Part shown: one piece after another, positions 45,529 through 55,567 of the stretch
How the letters are laid out: every line of letters begins with the position of its first letter
Numbering within the stretch: the stretch's first letter is position 1
From: Acidobacteriota bacterium
GTDB lineage: Bacteria; Acidobacteriota; UBA6911; RPQK01; JAJDTT01
NCBI GenBank assembly: GCA_965263035.1
Contig: OZ253580.1
Coordinates: forward strand, 3,808,001-3,872,000
Direction: 5' to 3'
DNA length: 64,000 bases
The notes under the pieces: generated by a model
The model's input: only the letters and a program-made list of their open reading frames with translations
Databases searched by the model: none
What the model was told of the DNA's origin: nothing
Program-made: the position numbers and the translations under genes

Positions 45529-47010
45529 TCAACTTCCTTGAAAGTAAGAGACGATCACGCGAACTCCCAGCCCGAACATGACGGTGCCGGCAACGGCTGT
45601 GGCCAATCGCAGTTTCCAACTCATGCGTAGCGGGGGCGGCAGCCGGTAGCGATCGGCCCAGATCATGGCAAAGCACCAGAGTCCGCAGGCGGCGATTCCG
45701 CCGCTCACCACTCCGGTGAAGGTGATGCGGCCGAGCACGTCGCCGGCGATCTCCTTGGGGAGCCAGACCAGCAGCAATCCGCCCAGAAAGCAGTAGAAAA
45801 TGGTCACCGTTCGAAGGGACTTGAAAAAGGGGCGGGCCACGAAACGGGGAAAGAGGCTGCGCACCCCCTCCGAGATGACCCGGTAGTAGACTTCGAAAGC
45901 CCCGTAGAGGGTCCCGATGAAGGCCAGGAAAACGCCCACCCGGTAGAGCCACTTGAGCTGGGGGTGCAGGGTAGTCAGGAAGGACTCCTGGACGGTCAGG
46001 AACTCGCTGCCGTCGGGAATCGCCCGGTTGGGGTTCAACACCATGGATCCCAGGACGGCGAACATGAGGGTCACCAGGATGACGAAGGTGAAGGAAAGGG
46101 TGGTGTCCAGCAGAGGCGCCCGGGTCCAGACGCGGGCCCGTTCGACCACCTCCGAGGCGGAGTTCCGCGCCGCCTGGGCCAGTTCCCGGTTACTGGCGAC
46201 CTGAGTTCCGGCCAAGCCCCAATTCTTCTCCCTCAGAAGCCCGATGTACCCCACGTAATCTTGGGTTCCGCCTCCCACAGCTCCCAGGTAGAGCAAGATC
46301 TCCAGCCAGGGGCTGCGGCCGGAGAAGGTCTCGGAGTAACGCTCCAGGACCCAGGGCTCGTAGTCGCCGACCCGGGGCAGGAAAAGCCCCTGGAGCAGGC
46401 CAGGGATGTCGGGTCCCAGGACGACTACGGCCGATGCGATGCACAGCACCATGATCCCCAGAATCACGGTGGAGATGCGTTCCAAGATGTCGTAGGTGGA
46501 GATCAGGGCCAGGACCAGGCAGGCGGTCAGCACCACCGTCGCCCAGACGTTGAGCCAGTACTCCAGATGATTCCAGGGGCCGACGTCGGCTCCCTCCACG
46601 GCCCCTCCCAGGAGCTGGTGAATGAAGGTCGCCAGGATCTCGGGGAGGGCCGAGAACGCCACCAGCATGAGCATGAGGGCCGGCACGACGATGAGCAGAG
46701 GAAACGCCATGCCCACGACCGGCATGGAGCACCAGGTCGTCATGGGATGCTCGCCGGTCAGGACGAAGTGCCGGGACGCCGTGTAGACCTGGATCCCCTT
46801 GAAGATGCCGGCGTAGAGAAAACACCAGAGCATTCCGTACCCGAAGATGGCGCCGCTCCGGGAGGCGAAGACCAGCTCGCCGCTGGCGATGGTCACCGAG
46901 GCGACGATGACGCCGGGGCCCAAGTAGACCCAGAGCGAGGAGAGGGTGAGACGCTGCAGCAGCGGCGGCGGCGATGGATAGACGTGCGGGTCCGACTCGG
47001 GACGATTCAC
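45529..47010 (-). CDS. Nramp-like (YcsG-type) transporter
   Basis: LGPGVIVASVTIASGEL...GAIFGY; multiple TM helices; lacks the MntH DPGN motif. Confidence 0.75.
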   Translation of the reverse strand: MNRPESDPHVYPSPPPLLQRLTLSSLWVYLGPGVIVASVTIASGELVFASRSGAIFGYGMLWCFLYAGIFKGIQVYTASRHFVLTGEHPMTTWCSMPVVGMAFPLLIVVPALMLMLVAFSALPEILATFIHQLLGGAVEGADVGPWNHLEYWLNVWATVVLTACLVLALISTYDILERISTVILGIMVLCIASAVVVLGPDIPGLLQGLFLPRVGDYEPWVLERYSETFSGRSPWLEILLYLGAVGGGTQDYVGYIGLLREKNWGLAGTQVASNRELAQAARNSASEVVERARVWTRAPLLDTTLSFTFVILVTLMFAVLGSMVLNPNRAIPDGSEFLTVQESFLTTLHPQLKWLYRVGVFLAFIGTLYGAFEVYYRVISEGVRSLFPRFVARPFFKSLRTVTIFYCFLGGLLLVWLPKEIAGDVLGRITFTGVVSGGIAACGLWCFAMIWADRYRLPPPLRMSWKLRLATAVAGTVMFGLGVRVIVSYFQGS

Positions 47011-47011
47011 G

Positions 47012-48250
47012 TCAGCGCCGCTTCCTCAGGTCGAGACAGGCGATGTGGTGATGGTCGCGGGCGTAGATCCGTCCTCCCGCCAGCGCCGGCGGACTCCAGG
47101 CCCGGTGCTGGAGGATCTTCTTCACTCCCGTCTGCCGGTATCCCTCCGGGGTGGCCTGCACCATGGCGATGTGCCCCTGTTCTCCCAGGACGATGAGGTG
47201 ACCCTGAGCCGCGATCAGGGAACCCTTGCCCACGCTCCGATGGGCCCAGAGGACCTCGCCGTCCACCAGCCGCATGCACTTGAGGACCGAGTTGTCGAAC
47301 CCGTAGAGGTATTCTCCCACCAGCACGCACCCGTTGTAGTGGTTCTGCATGGTCTCCGTGGTCCAGACGAACTTGGACTGGACGCCGTCTCTCTTGCGGG
47401 ACAGACGCAGAAGGCCGCTTCCGGTTCCCCGTCCGGACGAGATGAACAGGTAGGGACTGGCGAAAATCGGTGTGGCGATGTTCATGTCGGAAGTGGTGCG
47501 CCATACGTGGCTCCAATGGAGCTTCCCGTCACGCGGCGAGAGTCCCATGATGGCGCGTCCTCCGAAGAAGACGACCTCGCGGACCCCGTCCACCGTGATG
47601 GCAATGGGGGAAGAGTAGCCGGCTACCTCGTCCAGCGTCTTCCAGATCACCCGGCCCGTCTCCTTGTCGAAGGCCACCACGGAAGCTCCCGGGGCCCCCA
47701 CGTTCACCAGGAGCATGTTCTCTTCCACCAGGGGAGAGGTGGAAACGCCCCAGGTCAGGTTCTCCGCACCCATCTCGTCCAGGACCCGGCGTTTCCAGAT
47801 CTCCCTTCCCGAGCGCTTGTCCAGACAGAGCAACGTTCCCGTCGCCCCCAGGGCATAGACTCGCGGGCCGTCGATGGTGGGCGTCGACCGGGCGCCGTTG
47901 CCCCCTTGATATTCCTTGTACGAATCCGCCGACAGCACCTTCCAGAGTTCCAGTCCGGTGCCCGTGTCCAGGCACACGACCCACTCCTGATCGTTCCGGT
48001 CGACCATGGTGTAGAGGCGTCCCTGGGAGACGGAGATGGAAGAAAAACCCTCGCCTCCTTCCACCTTCCAGACCAGGGGAGGCCCTGGCTGGGACCAGGC
48101 GGTGATGATCCCCTCCTCCCTGGAGATCCCGTCGCGGTCCGGGCCGCGCCATTGGGGCCAGTCGGCGGCGGAGAGTTCCGCCACCAAAAGGGAGAGTGCC
48201 AACGGCGCGCAGAACATCAGGGCAAGCACGATTCGACTCCTGGTCTTCAT
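47012..48250 (-). CDS. Secreted PQQ-like beta-propeller repeat protein
   Basis: Signal peptide; ADWPQWRGPDRDG; repeated CLD..TG...W; GYSSP; WSPPALAGGRIYAR. Confidence 0.9.
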   Translation of the reverse strand: MKTRSRIVLALMFCAPLALSLLVAELSAADWPQWRGPDRDGISREEGIITAWSQPGPPLVWKVEGGEGFSSISVSQGRLYTMVDRNDQEWVVCLDTGTGLELWKVLSADSYKEYQGGNGARSTPTIDGPRVYALGATGTLLCLDKRSGREIWKRRVLDEMGAENLTWGVSTSPLVEENMLLVNVGAPGASVVAFDKETGRVIWKTLDEVAGYSSPIAITVDGVREVVFFGGRAIMGLSPRDGKLHWSHVWRTTSDMNIATPIFASPYLFISSGRGTGSGLLRLSRKRDGVQSKFVWTTETMQNHYNGCVLVGEYLYGFDNSVLKCMRLVDGEVLWAHRSVGKGSLIAAQGHLIVLGEQGHIAMVQATPEGYRQTGVKKILQHRAWSPPALAGGRIYARDHHHIACLDLRKRR

Positions 48251-48291
48251 CAGGTTCCTCCGATCGGTTTCTCCCGCCCGCGGTCCGATCC

Positions 48292-48714
48292 TCAAACCGT
48301 GCCGCCCGGAGTCGGGTGTTGGACACTGGACCGGCCCCGGTGGACTTCCGGCGGCTCGCCCTCCAGGTAGGTGGTTCCCTGGAAGGGGTCCTTGACGGGA
48401 AAGAAGGCGATGATCCGGGCCACGCCGGGACCGACGTTGGTGAACCCGTGGGGTGTGCGGGCGGGCACGACGACGGTGTGATCGGGACCGACCCGATGGG
48501 TCTCGGAGCCCAGGCGAAACTCCAAGGTCCCCTCCTGGACCACGATGAACTCCTCGGCCTCGTGAAAGTGGAGCGGCGCCCCCGACCCCGTCCCTACCAG
48601 GGCCCAGGAAACGCTGCTGGTGGTGGTTCCGTCTCCGTCGCGAGTGATGTCGAAACTTCGGTAGTTGGGTCTCCAAGGCTTCTCGGGCAGGCTGGCGTGC
48701 TCTACTATGGGCAT
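48292..48714 (-). CDS. Cupin-domain protein
   Basis: APLHFHEAEEFIVVQEG; VPARTPHGFTNVG. Confidence 0.9.
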   Translation of the reverse strand: MPIVEHASLPEKPWRPNYRSFDITRDGDGTTTSSVSWALVGTGSGAPLHFHEAEEFIVVQEGTLEFRLGSETHRVGPDHTVVVPARTPHGFTNVGPGVARIIAFFPVKDPFQGTTYLEGEPPEVHRGRSSVQHPTPGGTV

Positions 48715-48779
48715 GGGGCTTGGCTCCCTTTCGAATTCTGGGATTGTAGCCGACCCGCCGCTGGAAAAGAATCCACCGC

Positions 48780-50369
48780 ATGTTTCCAACTGCCGCCGGT
48801 AACTTGGTCGACTGCCTGTTGGACCACCGGGTGCGCCATCTGTTCACCCTGTCGGGAAACCAGATCCTCTCCCTCTACGACGCCACCATCGGCCGGGACT
48901 TGGAACTGATCCACACCCGCCACGAGGCGGCCGCGGTGCACATGGCTGATGCTTGGGGCCGGTTGCAGGAAACTCCAGGGGTCGCCGTAGTGACGGCGGG
49001 ACCGGGGCACTGCAACGCCATCGGTGCTCTCTACGTGGCGCGCCAGGCCGAGTCGCCTCTGGTCCTCATCAGCGGACACTCGCCCTTGAGTCAGTCAGGG
49101 AAGGGCGCCTTCCAGGAGATGGACCAGGTGGCCATCGCCGCTCCCGTGACCAAGGCATCCTGGCGGGTCGACGCTCCCGAGCGGGCGGGGGCCATCCTGG
49201 ATCAGGCTCTGAAACTGGCCGGATCGGGGAGGCCGGGGCCGGTTCATATCAGCGTCCCCAGCGACGTTCTGGCTGCGGAAGTAGAATCCCAGGTGAACGT
49301 CAGCCCGCAGCCGGACCCGGCTGAATTCCTCAGGGAGGAAGAGGCGGGGCAGGTCCTGCGGCTTCTGGCCGGAGCCCGGCGTCCTCTCATCCTGGCCGGT
49401 GCTGCCATGTCGCGGCCGCTTCGGTGGCGGTCGATCATGGAACTCGCCAGCGCCTGCGGTGCGCCGCCTCTCAAGATGGAGAGTCCCCGGGGAGTCAACG
49501 ACCCTCGACTCTACGGGGCGTCTCGACTGTTGGGCCGTGCCGACTTGGTGCTGCTGCTGGGGAAGGAACTGGACTTCGCCCTCCGGTTCGGGGGTCCCCC
49601 CTTCGCAGCCGATAGCAGATTCGTCAGCATCGACTCGCATGAGAGCCGAGCGCCGGCCCATCCCAGGATGGTGCTGAGTCTGCGGGCTGACCCTGCCGCG
49701 GCAGCCTCGGAACTGGCCCGCCGTTCGCAAACAGATGGCGCTTCTTTCGATTCCTGGCGCCGCGCCGTCGAGTCGGCCCGTTCCGAAACGCCCGCTGAGT
49801 GGGAACATTGGCGGCGGGCCATGCGGAGTCCCATCCATCCTCTCCGGGTCTGCGAAGGCCTCCGGCCTTTCTTGGCGGACGGTGCCGTGGTGGTGAGCGA
49901 CGGAGGCGAGTTCGGCCAATGGGCACAGGCCGGGCTGGACTCCCGGGTGAACCTGATCAACGGCCCTTCGGGCGCCATAGGAAGCGCCATCCCCATGGCC
50001 CTGGCCTGCAAGCTGGCCCGTCCCGGACAGCCGGTCTTCGCGCTGCTGGGAGACGGAACCTTCGGATACCACGCCCTGGAATTCGATACGGCCCTTCGTT
50101 ACCGGCTACCGATCGTCGCCGTCGTGGGCAACGACGCCCGCTGGAATGCCGAATACCAGCTCCAATTGGACCACTACGGACCAGAGCGAACCGTGGGCTG
50201 CGAGCTTCTCCCCACCCGTTATGACCAAGTGGTCGAGGCTCTGGGCGGCCACGGAGAGTGGGTTTCGGAGCCGTCGCAACTTGAGCCGGCGCTGGAAAGG
50301 GCCCTCGATTCAGGCCTTCCCGCCTGCGTGAACGTCGCCGTCGAGGGCGTGAAAGCTCCCACGTTCTGA
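48780..50369 (+). CDS. ThDP-dependent enzyme (acetolactate synthase / 2-hydroxyacyl-CoA lyase-like)
   Basis: TRHEAAAVHMAD; TAGPG; GRPGPV; GDG...N ThDP motif (LGDGTFG...VGND). Confidence 0.9.
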   Translation: MFPTAAGNLVDCLLDHRVRHLFTLSGNQILSLYDATIGRDLELIHTRHEAAAVHMADAWGRLQETPGVAVVTAGPGHCNAIGALYVARQAESPLVLISGHSPLSQSGKGAFQEMDQVAIAAPVTKASWRVDAPERAGAILDQALKLAGSGRPGPVHISVPSDVLAAEVESQVNVSPQPDPAEFLREEEAGQVLRLLAGARRPLILAGAAMSRPLRWRSIMELASACGAPPLKMESPRGVNDPRLYGASRLLGRADLVLLLGKELDFALRFGGPPFAADSRFVSIDSHESRAPAHPRMVLSLRADPAAAASELARRSQTDGASFDSWRRAVESARSETPAEWEHWRRAMRSPIHPLRVCEGLRPFLADGAVVVSDGGEFGQWAQAGLDSRVNLINGPSGAIGSAIPMALACKLARPGQPVFALLGDGTFGYHALEFDTALRYRLPIVAVVGNDARWNAEYQLQLDHYGPERTVGCELLPTRYDQVVEALGGHGEWVSEPSQLEPALERALDSGLPACVNVAVEGVKAPTF

Positions 50370-50396
50370 GTCGTATTTCGAGCTTGGCCCGCTTTC

Positions 50397-50426
50397 TTGA
50401 CCCCCTCTTCGGGGCCGGGATAGACT
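50397..50426 (+). promoter_or_regulatory. Sigma70-like promoter of the EhpF-like gene (near-leaderless)
   Basis: TTGACC-N18-TAGACT; ATG lies 8 nt downstream with no SD sequence. Confidence 0.5.
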
Positions 50427-50434
50427 GCGCCGTC

Positions 50435-51532
50435 ATGAGTTCCGAATCCCTGCAGGATCAGGTCCGGTCCCGGCAGCGAGAATTGGACGCGCACGTCCGT
50501 GCCATGGTCCAGTGGCATTTCGATCCCGAGACCGGATGCCCCTTCTGGCTCGACTGGGCCAGGAAGGCGAGTTGGGACCCGCGAGAAGAGGTCCGGGGCT
50601 TGGACGATCTTTCCCGCTTCGGCCTGTTCGACGACGACTGGCTCCGGGGCGGACCGGTTCGGCGCTGGGTCCCCCGGGCGTACGCAGGGGATCCCATCTT
50701 CGTCTTCGAGACCGGAGGGACCACCGGCACCCCCAAGAGCCGGGTCAACGTGCGGGATTTCCGGGTGGATTACGAACTTTTCTCCGAGACCCTGCCCCCG
50801 GAACGTTTCCCCTTGAATTCCAACTGGCTGATGTTGGGTCCGTCGGGTCCGCGCCGCCTGCGCTTGGCCGTGGAACATCTGGCCCATCATCGGGGCGGAA
50901 TCTGCTTCTGCGTGGACCTGGACCCTCGCTGGGTCATCAAGCTCATCAAGAAGGGATGGACGGACCACCTGAAGGCCTACCAGGACCATGTGATCGATCA
51001 GGCCATGACCCTCCTTTCCGCCGGCCACGAGATCCGCTGCCTGTTCACCACGCCCAAGCTGCTGGAGGCGCTGTGCGACAGGCTGGAAGACCAGGGAAGC
51101 AGCCTGCGCGAAGCGGGCATCACGGGGATCTTCTCCGGCGGGACCGAGTTTACGCCCCAGTGGTACCGATTCGCCGTCGAGGAGCTCCTGGACGGCGTCT
51201 ACATGACGCCGACGTACGGCAACTCCCTCATGGGATTGGCCGGCTCCAAGGCCTTCGATCCGGCCGAGAACTACAAGATCACCTACTACGCGCCGCAGCC
51301 CAGGGCGGTCTTGCGAGTCGTGGATTTCGACGCCCCGGAGAAAGTGGTTGAATACGGTGAGACGGGCCGGGTCCTGTTGACGACCCTGACTCCCGAGCTG
51401 TTCATCCCGCGGTTCCTGGAGCGAGACGAAGGAGAGCGGGAGCGTCCCTGTGCGCAATACCCCTGGGACGGCGCGAGCGGCGTTCGGCCGTTCCACCGTT
51501 TTGCAGCCACCACGACGGTGGGTGTCTACTGA
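50435..51532 (+). CDS. EhpF/GriC-like truncated adenylate-forming enzyme
   Basis: WHFDPETGCPFW; P-loop FETGGTTGTPK; GPSGP; VDLDPRWV; PTYGNSL; ERD. No ANL C-terminal lid domain. Confidence 0.8.
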   Translation: MSSESLQDQVRSRQRELDAHVRAMVQWHFDPETGCPFWLDWARKASWDPREEVRGLDDLSRFGLFDDDWLRGGPVRRWVPRAYAGDPIFVFETGGTTGTPKSRVNVRDFRVDYELFSETLPPERFPLNSNWLMLGPSGPRRLRLAVEHLAHHRGGICFCVDLDPRWVIKLIKKGWTDHLKAYQDHVIDQAMTLLSAGHEIRCLFTTPKLLEALCDRLEDQGSSLREAGITGIFSGGTEFTPQWYRFAVEELLDGVYMTPTYGNSLMGLAGSKAFDPAENYKITYYAPQPRAVLRVVDFDAPEKVVEYGETGRVLLTTLTPELFIPRFLERDEGERERPCAQYPWDGASGVRPFHRFAATTTVGVY

Positions 51533-51611
51533 GATATTGGACTCTGGATCTCCAGCGCCAATTCACGGCGGTCCGTAGTAGACTGACAAGTCACAACCCG
51601 GGAGAAGTTCG

Positions 51612-53036
51612 TTGATTCATTTTCCCATCCTGCGCTGGGGCAAGCCCTACAAGAGCCTGGAGGTGGACCAGGTGGTCCACTTCATCACCGGGGAGCCGCT
51701 GGCGGAAGTCAGCCAGTCCATCGGCGGGATGATCGCCCGGGACATGCGAAAAGCACACCGGGCCCGGGACGTGCTTCGGGAGATCCCGATCCAGGAACTG
51801 ATCGGCAGGGCCTCTCAGGCAGCCGATCTGTTCATGTCGGCCGAGCTCCCGGCCGGTGATGGAAGCCAGACGCCCGACGATTTCGTGCGGTACCAGTCGG
51901 CGACCACCGGCTTGCCCGAGCACATGTGCCGGCAGAACATGGAGAAGCTTCACCATGTCCTGACCTCGATGGAGCAGATCCTGGACGCTCTGACGCGGGG
52001 ACTCGATCTCTCCATATTGACTGCGGGTTATGGAGAGGAAAATGGTGTCGTCCGGAGCTTTCAGGCCACGACCCCGGTGCTGGGCATGGTGCTCCCTTCT
52101 AACTCGCCCGGAGTTCACGGCCTTTGGCTCCCAGTCATCCCCCTCCAGATCGGTTTGGTTCTCAAGCCGGGGCCCCAGGAGCCGTGGACCCCATACCGGA
52201 TGAGCGAGGCCTTCTTCCAGGCGGGCATCCCCCGAAACGCCATCTCCCTCTATCCGGGATTGGGGGACGTGGGTGCGGCCGTCCTCCAGCACTGTTCGCG
52301 GAACCTCATCTTCGGGGGTACACCGACCATCGAGCAGTACGGAAACAACCCAAGGGTCCAGGTGCACGGACCCGGCTTCAGCAAGGTCCTGCTGGGAGAC
52401 GACCAGGTCGACGATTGGGAGACCCATCTCGATCTCATGGTGGACAGCGTCCTGACCAACAGCGGGCGCAGCTGCATCAGCTGTTCCGGCATCTGGGTCT
52501 CGCGCCACGGGCGGGAGATCGCCGACGCTCTGGCCCGGCGTCTGGGACCCATTGCTCCCAAGGATCCCGAGGATCCGGAGGCCCAGTTGGCCGCCTTTAC
52601 GGTTCAAGGCCAGGGAGACGCCATCGAAGCGGGTATCGAGCAGGGGCTTGGCGAGCCCGGGGTCGAGGACGTCACGGCCCGCTACCGCGACGGGCAGCGC
52701 CTGATTTCCCGCGAGCGCTGCTCCTACCTGCGGCCCACGGTGATCTATTCCCGGTCTCCGGAGGCCACCCTGGCCAATACCGAGTACATGTTCCCCTTCG
52801 CCAGTGTGGTGGAATGCCCGCAGGCGGAGATGCTGGACCGCATCGGCGACAGCCTGGTGGTGACGGGCATCACGGAAGATTCCGCATTCCGGCAGAAGCT
52901 CATGGACTGTCCCCACATCGACCGCCTGAACCTGGGCCCCATCCCTACCATCCGCCTCAACTGGCTCCAACCCCATGAGGGAAATCTGGTGGACTTCCTC
53001 TACCGGGCCCGAGCTTTCCAGACCACGGTCGGGTGA
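51612..53036 (+). CDS. Aldehyde dehydrogenase-fold protein (EhpG/GriD-like acyl reductase)
   Basis: LPSNSPGVH; LKPG..EPWTP; FGG; HGPGFSK; NSGRSCISCS (catalytic Cys); EYMFPF; TTG start. Confidence 0.82.
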   Translation: MIHFPILRWGKPYKSLEVDQVVHFITGEPLAEVSQSIGGMIARDMRKAHRARDVLREIPIQELIGRASQAADLFMSAELPAGDGSQTPDDFVRYQSATTGLPEHMCRQNMEKLHHVLTSMEQILDALTRGLDLSILTAGYGEENGVVRSFQATTPVLGMVLPSNSPGVHGLWLPVIPLQIGLVLKPGPQEPWTPYRMSEAFFQAGIPRNAISLYPGLGDVGAAVLQHCSRNLIFGGTPTIEQYGNNPRVQVHGPGFSKVLLGDDQVDDWETHLDLMVDSVLTNSGRSCISCSGIWVSRHGREIADALARRLGPIAPKDPEDPEAQLAAFTVQGQGDAIEAGIEQGLGEPGVEDVTARYRDGQRLISRERCSYLRPTVIYSRSPEATLANTEYMFPFASVVECPQAEMLDRIGDSLVVTGITEDSAFRQKLMDCPHIDRLNLGPIPTIRLNWLQPHEGNLVDFLYRARAFQTTVG

Positions 53037-53076
53037 CGGGCGGTCGCACGTTTGGCCGGTAAGCCTGCCTGGACGC

Positions 53077-53826
53077 CTACGACTCAGCCTGGGATTCTCG
53101 CGCCGATCCGGCAGCCGATCCTCTTGAAGTCCACCAATTGGTCACCAGGAAAGGAGAGAAGACGACGAAGAACATGGCTAGCGCCACCAGGCCGATGATA
53201 GGGATGTACCAGGGCCATCCGGCGAAGAAGAAGGGCGATTCGGTACCGGCAGGTGGCCGGCAGAGATACATGTAGTTGGACCCCAACAGGGAGTTGAGGA
53301 CGCCGAGCATCAGGGCGAGGAGGTTGAGGCAGGCGAACGCTCGGAAGAGCCCCGCCAAAGTCGGCCGCATCTTCAAGCCCAGGGTGGCGTACAGGACTCC
53401 CGCCACGATGCCGGAATGGGCGATAAAGTACTGAAAAAAGCGGTAGTCGGGGAATCCCGCTTCCAAGTCTCCGGGAGTGATAATGGCGTTAGTGGAACCC
53501 ACCAGTCCCCAGAAATAGACGATCTCGTAAATCCTCCGGCGGCGGAAGATCAGGGCTGCGGCCGTCAACAGGATCGTGATTCCGCAGACGTGAAAGGGCA
53601 GATGGTCCTGCACGAAGCGGCTCCAGCCGACGGCGTTGAGCCGGTAGCCCCAGTGGATCGATTCGTTGACCAGCAGGGCGCCGGCCAGAAGATAGGCGCC
53701 GGCGTCGGCCACCGTCTTCGAGGCCGTCATCCGTGCCGCCGCCGCCAGGAGTAACGGGACGGCCAGAGTCAGCGCCATCACGACGAGGTGATACGACCCA
53801 AAGATCTGGAATTCGGGTGGTGGCAT
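53077..53826 (-). CDS. YwaF/TIGR02206-family integral membrane protein
   Basis: LPFHVC; YFWGL.G; YFIAH; GSNYMYL; WPWY. Confidence 0.88.
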   Translation of the reverse strand: MPPPEFQIFGSYHLVVMALTLAVPLLLAAAARMTASKTVADAGAYLLAGALLVNESIHWGYRLNAVGWSRFVQDHLPFHVCGITILLTAAALIFRRRRIYEIVYFWGLVGSTNAIITPGDLEAGFPDYRFFQYFIAHSGIVAGVLYATLGLKMRPTLAGLFRAFACLNLLALMLGVLNSLLGSNYMYLCRPPAGTESPFFFAGWPWYIPIIGLVALAMFFVVFSPFLVTNWWTSRGSAAGSARESQAES

Positions 53827-53862
53827 TTGCTCCCAGTATCGGCTCCGCGGGCCGCGCCGGGA

Positions 53863-54969
53863 TCAGGGCCGTGGACGCCCGCAGACCTGCGGCGCCACGT
53901 AATTCAGGCCCAACAGCCGAAAGTAGTTCTGACCCAGGGCAATGTTCCGAAAGGCGTCGTCGTTCAGGTAACGGTTGATCCGGCTGGTGATCTGCAACTC
54001 CGTCCGATACACGTCGAAGTCCTTTTCCGCCGAAGCCAGAAAGTCGGTTCCGGGGAGCACCCGCTCCGAATTCCGGTTCAAGAAGGAAACATAGGCCGCC
54101 CGCTTCTCGGGTTTGGAGAAGTAGTGGTCGTCGGCCACGCGCCAGGAGATGTCCACCATCAAGTCGGGGTAGCGGTCCAACAGCGTCTCCATGATCCGGA
54201 TGTGCTGTCCGGTGTCCATGTTCGCCAGTTCCTTGGACAACCCCATGTGCAACCAGACGATCTTGTTGTCGGGATAGAGGCGCAGCACTTCCTCGATCAG
54301 TGGCAGGTATCGAGTAGGTTCCCGGTCGTTGCCCAGGTCCGCATGGATCGCCAGCGGGATGTTTCGTTCCCGCAGCACCGTCATGAAGGCGGCCCACTCC
54401 GGGATCTTGGCCGGCGGAACCGGTTGATGATCGTTATTGAACAGCGCCTGTTTTACCAGATTGACTTCGCCCATCCAGGTGAAAGTACCGGGATACTCCT
54501 TCTCCAGGAACTGCATACCGGGAAGGATCGATTCGGGCCGGGAAAGGTCTGGAAAGGTCATGGAGAGCGTCATGTGTACGCTGTCCGGCGCCTGCTTGAC
54601 GTAGTCGGCGGCATTGGCAAAGTCGTTCGTCAACGTGGGGCGGACCGGCGTACCCGGACAATCCAGGTAATAGGTGCATGAAGAACCCACTGGAACCCTC
54701 TGGCCGATGCCGGAGACGTTGACGAAGAGGACTCCCGTCCGTTCAAGGTAGGAGACCACGTCGCGGAACGGGATCGCCGGGCCACCAAAGGGACGGAAAT
54801 GCAGGTGGGAATCCACGACCGACGTCTGGGATTGCAGCGTGCGGTCGTAGCACGGAGTGCCGCCGGTCCGAAACATCCCCAACGTCGGCCTGGGAGCCTC
54901 ACCGGCGATTCCCGAGGCACCCGACAAGAGAACCAGGGCAAGGCATGTCCTCCGAGCTATGTCTTTCAT
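53863..54969 (-). CDS. Secreted amidohydrolase_2-family protein
   Basis: Signal peptide; DSHLH; GEVN; IHAD; WLHMG; DISW; GTDF. Confidence 0.85.
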   Translation of the reverse strand: MKDIARRTCLALVLLSGASGIAGEAPRPTLGMFRTGGTPCYDRTLQSQTSVVDSHLHFRPFGGPAIPFRDVVSYLERTGVLFVNVSGIGQRVPVGSSCTYYLDCPGTPVRPTLTNDFANAADYVKQAPDSVHMTLSMTFPDLSRPESILPGMQFLEKEYPGTFTWMGEVNLVKQALFNNDHQPVPPAKIPEWAAFMTVLRERNIPLAIHADLGNDREPTRYLPLIEEVLRLYPDNKIVWLHMGLSKELANMDTGQHIRIMETLLDRYPDLMVDISWRVADDHYFSKPEKRAAYVSFLNRNSERVLPGTDFLASAEKDFDVYRTELQITSRINRYLNDDAFRNIALGQNYFRLLGLNYVAPQVCGRPRP

Positions 54970-55195
54970 GTAGAGGTCTCGGGCGGCTGATTTCGGCGCC
55001 GATTCCAGCAGGATCAACCAGGTTTGGGAACCCTTGGATCCGCTGTCGGCCAAGGCCGGTCGGCCAAAGCGCAGATGAGATATTTAGAGGGAACAAAATG
55101 AAAGTTCTAGTTTCAATTTGTCCACATTTCGAACCGGTTGGACGCCTTGATCCAGCGCGTCCCGGCACTCCCACGAAGTGTGTCCAGGAGTCACG

Positions 55196-55567
55196 TCATG
55201 CCATCTTTAGGCCGGAATTCTCAAACCGGCAGAAGTCCGACGTGTTCGTGGTCGCGATGGGGGCACCGTCGGTGAGCGCCACGGCCGCGATCATGCAGTC
55301 GATCAATGACCCACGACGCCTTCCCGAATCGTTGAATATCTGGGCGGCGACCGCAGCATGGTCCGATGTGAAGTCACGGCGTGGTTCTATGATCGCGTCA
55401 GCCAATTCGACCTCGCGTCGGGAGAGTGGACCGCACAGGAACTCTCCCCAGGCGACTGTGCTCATCGTCAGTGATTCGCCCTTCCCAATCCAGTCCCGCA
55501 ACTTACGGTCTTCGGGAGTCCCCACCTTCAGTGCTCGAATCAGAAAGCTGGTGTCCAAATGGATCAT
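55196..55567 (-). CDS. vapC: PIN-domain toxin (VapC-like)
   Basis: IHLDTSFLI; GEFL.G; DCMIAAVA; ATTN..DF; TGATG coupling to the antitoxin. Confidence 0.9.
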   Translation of the reverse strand: MIHLDTSFLIRALKVGTPEDRKLRDWIGKGESLTMSTVAWGEFLCGPLSRREVELADAIIEPRRDFTSDHAAVAAQIFNDSGRRRGSLIDCMIAAVALTDGAPIATTNTSDFCRFENSGLKMA

